The position numbers and the translations under genes were made by a program. The notes under the pieces are model-generated. The model did not search any database, was not told where the DNA came from, and saw only the letters and a list, made by a program, of their open reading frames with translations. A stretch of 63,241 bases of DNA, counting the filler, from Thraustochytrium aureum (Eukaryota): the NCBI GenBank assembly GCA_012862495.1. It is 7 parts of 5 records of this genome, joined end to end, with 100 filler letters (N's around TTAATTAATTAA, not from the genome) between each part and the next. Parts side by side here need not be neighbours in the genome. Positions count along the whole stretch, not along the records: positions 48,238 to 59,108 come from BLSG01000316.1; positions 59,209 to 61,560 come from BLSG01000318.1; positions 61,661 to 63,241 come from BLSG01000320.1; 4 more parts are not named here. One strand, given 5' to 3'. Shown piece by piece: positions 55,872 to 63,241 of the stretch. Each line of letters starts with the position of its first letter. The first letter of the stretch is position 1.

Positions 55872-58800
55872 CTAGGCCTTTGCGGGGGCCAACTCGGCGG
55901 TGGCGTCGCTCTCCACCTCTGGCTCGACCTCGATGTCCTCCTCCTCCTCGTCGTCCTCCGCCCCAATGGACAGCGCGTCGCGGCTCGGATTCCAATTCTT
56001 CGAGTTCTTGAAGCCACGCGTGAGCGTGAGCCGCTTGAAACCGTCTGCGCGGCGCTTGATGGCATTCTTGATGGCGAGGAGCCAGAGCTTGCGCATCCGC
56101 TCAGTCTCAAAGTTGATGCGCAAGAGGTCGAAATCGAAGAGCGGGCTGCGCAGCTCGATCGAGTGCTTGTGGCGCCGCGATGTAGACTTTTTCACCGACG
56201 TGGCGCCGTTCAAGTTGATGCCCCCGATGGGAAACCCGGCCGCCTCTTTTGCTTTGAACCAGTACAAGGAGGTTCCCTTGAGGATAAAGAAGCGCTTGCG
56301 CCAGTCCGCGCGACGCTGCGACAGGTCTGCGGGGCCCTCAATGTGCACCTTGTCGTCTCCGCCAGGAACGCCTGGGCCGCCAAAGCCCCACGGCTCGTTG
56401 CTTGCGTGCGCCTGCACGGCGCACGGAGCCCTGAGCAAAAGAAGGTCCCCAATCGTGTATGGGTTTTGGAGCATAAGGACCCACCGGTAGGCGTTGTCGT
56501 CCTCTGAGGCGGGCGACACGATCGTGAAGCGGCGAGCGCCAGGGTCGACCGGGCGCGACGGGTCCGCAGCGGGGTCCTCGGCGGGATTCGCTTTGGCGAC
56601 CTGCTTGTCGATTTCTTTGCGGCGCGCCGATAGGCCTGCGCGCGGCGGGCCCACCCGTGAGGCGCGTGATGGACGAGGCCGACTTGCCAGCGTGCTTGAT
56701 GAGGTCGGCGGCCTCGACGGGGACCTCAGAGTGGATAACGAGCTTGTGCTCGGTCGCCGCCATCGCCGCGGTGGTGTTGCCTTTCCACGGAATCTCCTCC
56801 CTGAGCTTGTCCTCGGGGTTGACGAGGAGCAGACGCGGAGAGGGGCCCGACGTGAACAGAAGCGAGTAGGTGCGCCCCTTGGCGCGGAAAAAGCCCTTGC
56901 TTCGGAGGACCGAGCTCGAATGTATCACGACCTCGTTTGGGCGGAGGAGGTGCTCGAAACGTTTGCGCGTGGCCATGATCGCCTCCCATCGCGCGCGCAA
57001 GCTCTGCGCGCGCGCAATTGCCTGCAGGCGGATCACGGCGCGCACGCCCGCTACACGGCGGCGAGCGCGCCGGCCCCGAGCAAGGCTCGCGAGCGTGGTG
57101 GCTGCGCGAGCCTCCCGCTGGAGCGCTCTCCGCACAACGAGAGAGCGCGCGCTGGCCTGGAGGCTGGTAACTGCTTTACGCATTGCCAGGAAGCGAGCTC
57201 GCGCCTGCGCGACGCGAAATTGTCCGGCGATCTTGTCCGCAGCGGCGCTTTGCTTTTCTGCAACGCACGCGCCGCACGGCGCCGCGCCAGAAGCTCAAGC
57301 GCGGTGGCGCTCTGCTCTCGCTTGACGCGAACGGTGTGATCGAGGATTTTTTGCGTCGACTCGAGCATGAAGCACTTTGATTCGCCCATTTGCCACTCGC
57401 GGCCCTTGGATTCCGGGCCAAAGGTGGCGTTGAGGAGGGCCGCAAGGGCTTGGCGGGCTGCGGGGACCCCCCCGGTGCGATCCCAGGACACGTTTGCGGC
57501 GGCGAGGAGCTCGGGATACTTTTCGAGGACCTCGCCGAACGGGCTCCGCACTGGAAAGCCCTCGTGGCGGACACGCACCATCTCGAGTATGCCGAGCATG
57601 CGAAGCTGAGTTGCCACCATCCTCCCATCCCAGACATGCGACATCTTGCGCTCGTTGGGCTTTATGCACCGGACGAAGTGGAGCATGGTGGATTCGAGCA
57701 GGTCGCGCAGCGACGACATTTGCTTGCGAAAGCGCGCTGACACGCTCTCGAGCTTTGCCATCTTGCGCGTGTTGCGCTCCGCGCGCTCCTCTACCTCGGC
57801 CATGCCCTGGTGCCGGCTGGCCTTGCGGCGCGAGACCTTGCCGCGCGACAGGGTAGCTTTGGAGGCATCTTGGCTGTCGCCGCCACCCAAGAGGCGCTGC
57901 AGGAACGGAAACGCGATGGAAGCGGCCTCGCTACGCGGCGACTGCAAGGAGCTGGTGCTTCCCGTCGAAGTAAGGGACGCGTTGCTGCCTTTCGCCTTGG
58001 GGCGGCCGCGCAGGACGCGCAGTGTGGCGCGGCGGGGCGTCAGCGCCGGTTGCGCGAGAACAGCGGTGCTCGCGTTGGGGTCCTCCTTGGCGCTACTGAT
58101 GAGGTCTGCGAGGTCGGGCTGCAAGTGGTCCGAGTTCTTGAGCACGAGGCCTTCGGACTCGTAGCGCACTGGGCCGGCAAAGTGCAGGATTTCGAACGAG
58201 GCGCTGGCGCGTTTGGAGACCATAAGGCGCGAGTCCGGCGCCTTGCCGTGCGCGCTCACGAGCGCCTTGAGAAACGACTGGTCGGAGCCCCGCGCCCCAA
58301 GCGCGCCTTGCTCGTCTAGGAGCTGGAACACGCCGGCGGGTTTGCTATCCAGGAGGCCAAGGAGCGGCTTGTTGTCGCGGAAGGCGAGCGACGGGCACGA
58401 GATTCCCTCCGCCGACAAGCTCGCCAGCTCGAGCTCAAACACGTGGTCGTCAAACATGCCCTGCAGCACTTCGTTGGTGTAGTTGATGCAGAGCTGCTCG
58501 AACGAGTTGCGCTCCAGGATCTCGAAGCCAAAGATGTCCAGAATGCCGATGAACAGCTCTTGCGTCGGCGCCGCCCCGCGCTTGCCAGCGCCGCCCGCGG
58601 ACGGCGCCTCCATGTTGCCGGACACCTGGCTCGTGGCCGTGTTGAGGCGGCGAACAAGCCAGTCAAAAAGGCCCTGGTACATGGCTTTGGCAAGGCCGTC
58701 CCGGCTCGCGTCTGCCTCGGCGACCGTGAGCGGCACGACCGACACCGAGTTGCGGCGCCCGGCCCGCACGGTGCGCTTACAGAAAGCCTCGATGAGGGCG

Positions 58801-59108
58801 TCCGGGTCGACCCCAAGCAAGCGCGCTGTAAGCGCCAGGTTGTCGCTCTTCTCGCGCGTGGTCACGTCCACCGTGCACACGCCGTCCTCCTCCTCGGTGG
58901 AGAAGACCACGAAGGTGATGTTGCCAAGAGAGAGGATGGCCGCCAAGACCCGCCACATGTCGCGCTTCTCCTCCGCGTCAAAGCCGAGCACGTCCAGCGC
59001 CGTCTGCACGAGCTCGAACTCGCGCGCGTCCCTCGAGTCTGGGCGCTTCCCGGCGGCGGCCTCGGCGCGCTCGGCGGCAAGCGCGGCGGCCGCGGCCGTG
59101 CTTTTGGG
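55872..59108 (-). CDS. Unconventional myosin: motor (5' truncated), IQ motifs, two PH-type tail domains; frameshifts ~57250 and ~56655
   Basis: IGILDIFGFE, NSFEQLCINYTNE.LQ, HFAGPVRY, HFVRCIKPN, GFPVR; IQ-like LQASAR and LQAIAR; PH motifs LLFTSGPSPRLLLVNP...EIPW and WRKRFFILKGTSLYWFK. Confidence 0.92.
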
Positions 59109-59422
59109 NNNNNNNNNNNNNNNNNNNNNNNNNNNNNNNNNNNNNNNNNNNNTTAATTAATTAANNNNNNNNNNNNNNNNNNNNNNNNNNNNNNNNNNNN
59201 NNNNNNNNTGGGCGGACGAGTTCGCTTAGTTCGTCGATCGACGCACTGGCTGCCCCGTGGACTCTCGCCCGGTCCTCGTTGAAACCGCGACTCAATCGCA
59301 AGTTATTGTCTCCCCGTTTTTCACCGGTGTACTTTGGGGGGCAGTCTGGCTCGGAGCCATCCGCCGCGCGCGTGAGGCGGTCGCGCAGGCCCGAAACGCT
59401 CAGCCCTGTCGCGGCAGCAACT

Positions 59423-59465
<43 letters not shown>
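59423..59465 (+). repeat. (GCA)n microsatellite upstream of Tim23 (a shorter one lies at ~6319-6349)
   Basis: Direct read. Confidence 0.9.
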
Positions 59466-59466
<1 letters not shown>

Positions 59467-59569
59467 GGTAGCAGGACCTGGAGGAGGAGCAGACGGCGGG
59501 TGCGGTGGGCGCTGCGTTTGGTTGGGCTTCGGAGTGGGGAGCTCGGCAGAGCGTGCCGAGGGCGGGAAG

Positions 59570-60220
59570 ATGACGGAGCCGGCGCAGGGCGACATGTTTG
59601 CGGCGGGCGGCGCCGTGGGAGGCGCTGCGGATGCGTATGATGGGTACTCTTACCAGGCGCCCGACCCTTATGCCAATATTGGGGCGATCGACCCGAGCAC
59701 GTTCTCGGCCATGTTTGGCGCCGGCGGCGCCCCCGGCGGCATGGCCGAGCCCGAGTACCTGCACTATGAGCCCAAGTCGTGGGGCGACCGCATGTTTTAC
59801 AACACGGGCACGGCCTACCTGCTCGGCATCGCTAGCGGCGGCGCGTACGGCGTGCTCAACGGGTTTTCCACCTCGCCGAGCCGCAAGTTTCGCATCCGGA
59901 TCAACTCGATCCTGAACAAGTCGGGCCGGTTTGGCTCGCGCTTTGGCAACGCGCTCGGCGCGGTGGCCATGATGTACTCGTGCTTCGAGGCCGCCACGGA
60001 CCGCGTGCACCTTGACGAGTTCATTCCGCTTCCGGCGAACGAGGACCTGATCAACCCTGTGGTGGCGGCCACGCTGACCGGCATCTTGTACAAGAGCACG
60101 CAGGGCCCCAAGACGATGGCCCTTGCGGGTTTGCTGGGCGGCACTGCGGTTGCCGGCTTGGCCGGTGCGCGCATGGCCATGTCGCGAGGCTCGGGCCGCA
60201 CGGGCTCGCTTTTTTTCTGA
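59570..60220 (+). CDS. TIM23: Mitochondrial inner-membrane translocase Tim23
   Basis: WGDRMFYNTGTAYLLG..GG.YG, RINSILNKSG.FGS.FGNALG and TG.LYKST.G motifs; acidic N-terminus. Confidence 0.9.
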   Translation: MTEPAQGDMFAAGGAVGGAADAYDGYSYQAPDPYANIGAIDPSTFSAMFGAGGAPGGMAEPEYLHYEPKSWGDRMFYNTGTAYLLGIASGGAYGVLNGFSTSPSRKFRIRINSILNKSGRFGSRFGNALGAVAMMYSCFEAATDRVHLDEFIPLPANEDLINPVVAATLTGILYKSTQGPKTMALAGLLGGTAVAGLAGARMAMSRGSGRTGSLFF

Positions 60221-60748
60221 ATGGGCCTCTCACTAAATTGCCTGTGACTGTCTGAGTCCGCTTTTCAGGATTATGCTCAGCGCCTTGGCGGTAGCGGGAC
60301 ACCCCACTGGCTGAATGAAATGGTTGTATGACTTTTGGCTCGGCGCGCGTGCGGGCTGTGGCGAAGGTCCATCGTTTTGTTGGCGCCGTTGGCGGGTCGG
60401 TTTCGACGCTACGCTATGTACAAGCAGCTCAGCTGAGACAAATTGAAACTCTCTTTGCGAGAAAACGTCCAAAAAAATGAGTTTTGTTTTGCTGTGCAAG
60501 CGAGGACTGTTGGTGGCGCACAAGGGTTCTGTGGCCAGCGCCGGGCAGGCAGACACTGCCAGACGGACGGAGAGCCAGAAACTGCGGACAAGGAACCAGA
60601 AAAACAGAACGGGCCTGCTCTGTTCACTACAAAACAGGAGGGGGGGAGGGCAAGTGTCCGCGCTGACTCCGACGCTGAGGCCTTGTGCGCGTGCCAGCCC
60701 TGCCCCGGTCCTTTCGGGCCAGGCGGGCGCAGACCAGGCCCCTTGGGC

Positions 60749-61560
60749 TCAGACCAGGTGGCTCGGGCTCTCGTTAAAGAGCGACTTGAGGATGTAGGCC
60801 TGCCCCAAGAGCTCTTGGATCCGCGCAATGTCCCAGTCCCGCGTGGGTAGGTCTTGGAGGAAGATGATGAGGTCCTGGAAGCCCATGCCCTGCAGCTCGC
60901 GCGACCAGGTAACGAGCAGGGCAGCGCAGACGTAGACGTGAAAGCTGTCAAAGCCCTCGCGGTCCTCGGCCAGGTACGTGTCCCAGAGGCGCACGATGGA
61001 GCTGAGCTCGAGCTCGCGCACGAGCAGGCAGTTCATCCAGCGAAAGGCAAACTGGTTGAACACGACGTTTTCGCGCTGCAGGTGGTCGTGCAGGCGCTGG
61101 TCGATGCGCTGGATAATCCCCTGCAGCCGGTAAACCATGCGCTGCAGGCCCGGCTGGCTCATCGTGTAGTGGTCCTGGATGCCGTCCAGCAGCTTGGTCA
61201 GGCACCAGTAGCTGTCGGCCTCGACGGCGTTGAGGATGTCGGGATCTACCGCGGCCACGTCAAAGTTGTTGATCTCCTCGATGTTGCCCTGCGAGATGTG
61301 GTGCGCCAGAAACACCACGTAAAAGGGGGTCACGAGGTCGTTCATGCCTTGCACGTACCCGCTCGCCGGGTGCCGGATGGCCCAGATGTACAGGATGCGC
61401 TCAAAGCTGCTTCTCACCTGGTCGCTGTGGAAGACGGGCATCCCGGGGTTTGTCCGGGGAATGTCCAAGAGGATCTGCCGCAGCATCTTTTGGTCTTCCT
61501 CGGAGCGGTCCTTGTCAGAGCTTGCGTAGTACATGGGGATGCACTCAAAGTACTCTTGGC
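60749..61560 (-). CDS. TBC1D22: Rab-GAP TBC protein (TBC1D22/Gyp1 subfamily), 5' truncated
   Basis: QILLDIPRT, WAIRHPASGYVQGMNDL, EADSYWC, IQDHYT..QPG, QFAFRWMNCLL.RE and RLWDTY motifs. Confidence 0.93.
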
Positions 61561-61662
61561 NNNNNNNNNNNNNNNNNNNNNNNNNNNNNNNNNNNNNNNN
61601 NNNNTTAATTAATTAANNNNNNNNNNNNNNNNNNNNNNNNNNNNNNNNNNNNNNNNNNNNAA

Positions 61663-63147
61663 TGGCTGGGCGAGGTGGCGAGTGAGGTGCCGGTGGTTGG
61701 CGAGCTCTTCACGATTAGGTACCTCGGATTAGCTGGTCTGGCCAAGGGTGCAGACGAGTTGCACTACTGCCGCAAGGAGACAATCGCGCTGTGGGTGTTT
61801 TTGGACAGCATACCTGACGCTAAAAAATGCCCGGGCAAGTTCGGGTACCTGCAGGGCCTCCCGGGCACGGGCAAGTCGACTGGCGTTTGGCACTGGCTGC
61901 TAACCAAGGCTGTGAACCGTCACGCTCATGTTGTATGGATGCACTTTGCGAGTGATCTATTCCAGGCCGTGGTCATCACTGGTGGGCAGTATATAGCGTT
62001 CGATATTGTCGGCGATCGTGCTGCACGCTTTGTCGAGACTCTTCCGCCGTGCTTGCTCGTTGTTGACGGCGTCGTCATGTTATCTGCCCTGCTGCAGTCT
62101 GTGCGCAGCGCGCTTAGATCGTGGGTCAAAGGGAAGAATTGTTTCGCGTTGATGGCGACGTCAGGCAAGTTTAAGCTCAAGTCGGAAGAGGCGGACGCGT
62201 TGGGCTACACCGTCTTTGAGATGGTCTCGTGGACCCTCGAGGACTTGCAAGCTGCGTGCTTGGTCGATGAGTTCTGGACGGCCAAGGCAGCTCTGTTCGC
62301 TGGCTGCGACAAAACCGAGAACGTCAAGGCCGCAGTCTCTTGGAAGCACCAGTATGCTGGCGGCTCTGCGCGCTGGATGTTCTCCTTCCCTCAGCCTCGC
62401 ATCGTCGACGAGGTGACAATGCAAGTCGATGCGCTTGCGGACCCGGCGTCGCTGTTGCGTGGCAGTCTTGGTCCGAAGTGCTCCGTCAGCAAGACGCATC
62501 TTCTGTCCTCGTCCAAAGTGGCAAACACTAACAGAGTCGTCTACACCATTGTGAGTCGCTACGCCGCGGACAAGCTCGTGGAGATGACAGAAGGGAGAAT
62601 CGCGAAGGAGATGGCCAATCAGAAGAACCCGACCATCCGCGGGTGGGCTTTCGAGCTGGGCTTCTTTGCCGAGATCGAGCAGTCGCGAAGGGAAAACAGG
62701 GATCTTGTGGCGATGCCGCGAGGGCCCGACAGCGGCACCGAAGAGATTTGGCAGGCCACTCGCATCAACACTTTTGACCCCAACGCGCTCAAGATGGATA
62801 CTTTGGTTGGCGCATGGGCCAGGCCGATTTTGTGGAACCAGGGCGGCTACGACGCGGTATTCATCACAAAGGTGCAAGACGAGGATAAAAAAGTGGACCT
62901 GCGAGTTGTTCAGGTGACGGCTGCACTAAAGCACGATCTCAAGCTCAGCTACGTCGAGTCGCTTATTAAGAACATTGTTGCGCAGAGTTTCGAGGTCGCC
63001 CGCGTGGACATCGTCTTCGTGGTGCGACGCGGAGCTGTTTTTCAAGTCGGGAGCGTCTTTGGCATTGGGCCTCGTCTGCGCACCCTTGGGTGGAAGGTTG
63101 GTATGGAGCGCATCGTTGAGCTGGACCTCGCGGTTTTGAAAACATGA
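61663..63147 (+). CDS. Crinkler (CRN)-type effector: P-loop NTPase plus restriction-endonuclease-fold domain, 5' truncated
   Basis: QGLPGTGKS, LLVVDG, AGGSARWMF, GWAFE and WARP..WNQGGYDAV...LRVVQVT....HDLKL. Codon usage is visibly less GC-biased than the housekeeping genes. Confidence 0.85.
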   Translation, partial: WLGEVASEVPVVGELFTIRYLGLAGLAKGADELHYCRKETIALWVFLDSIPDAKKCPGKFGYLQGLPGTGKSTGVWHWLLTKAVNRHAHVVWMHFASDLFQAVVITGGQYIAFDIVGDRAARFVETLPPCLLVVDGVVMLSALLQSVRSALRSWVKGKNCFALMATSGKFKLKSEEADALGYTVFEMVSWTLEDLQAACLVDEFWTAKAALFAGCDKTENVKAAVSWKHQYAGGSARWMFSFPQPRIVDEVTMQVDALADPASLLRGSLGPKCSVSKTHLLSSSKVANTNRVVYTIVSRYAADKLVEMTEGRIAKEMANQKNPTIRGWAFELGFFAEIEQSRRENRDLVAMPRGPDSGTEEIWQATRINTFDPNALKMDTLVGAWARPILWNQGGYDAVFITKVQDEDKKVDLRVVQVTAALKHDLKLSYVESLIKNIVAQSFEVARVDIVFVVRRGAVFQVGSVFGIGPRLRTLGWKVGMERIVELDLAVLKT

Positions 63148-63241
63148 TGGAGATTATGATGACTTGCCCAGTGAAGCTCTACCGAGAATGGCCAACAAGA
63201 CCACATTTGCTCCTTTATGCGCGCATCGTCAAGTACATTTA

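Noticed and set aside
12085..57260. About a dozen frameshifts in conserved genes suggesting programmed frameshifting, editing or pseudogenisation
   Set aside because: Most fall in homopolymer runs, both halves stay conserved and no shared slippery motif is evident. Sequencing error is the simplest explanation; raw reads would settle it.
1..63241. Prokaryotic origin, rRNA or tRNA genes
   Set aside because: Spliceosomal introns plus myosin, Tim23, TBC, USB1 and DENR show a eukaryotic nucleus. No rRNA or tRNA was recognised by eye (tRNAscan-SE/Infernal not run).

Overview
This is GC-rich, intron-poor eukaryotic nuclear DNA. A heterotrophic protist, possibly a stramenopile such as a labyrinthulomycete, is my inference from gene content and style. 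The window is not one locus: it is seven scaffolds joined by artificial N44-TTAATTAATTAA-N44 linkers (1-12880, 12981-21494, 21595-44887, 44988-48137, 48238-59108, 59209-61560, 61661-63241), with further internal N gaps. Many single-base frameshifts, mostly in homopolymer runs, look like sequencing errors. Recognisable genes are transaldolase and transketolase (tail-to-tail), a cytochrome b5-NirB-type flavoprotein fusion, REXO4, a phospholipid N-methyltransferase, a kynurenine/glutamine-type aminotransferase, DENR/Tma22 with an N-terminal repeat array, two paralogous Kelch-TM-RING-H2 proteins, USB1, a nucleoside phosphorylase fused to an MTA/SAH-type deaminase, Tubby-like and CBS-domain proteins, a C2-domain sterol glucosyltransferase, bestrophin, a myosin with IQ and PH tail domains, Tim23, TBC1D22/GYP1 and two Crinkler-type NTPase genes. 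The leading candidates for novelty are (1) the phosphorylase-deaminase fusion, whose specificity residues point to a one-protein MTA->MTI->MTR-1-P route, (2) receptor-like Kelch-TM-RING E3 ligases, (3) the cyt b5-NirB fusion, and (4) a 3.1-kb scaffold of compact small genes with overlapping stop codons that may be of large-DNA-virus origin. All assignments come from motifs read by eye; no database search was run.
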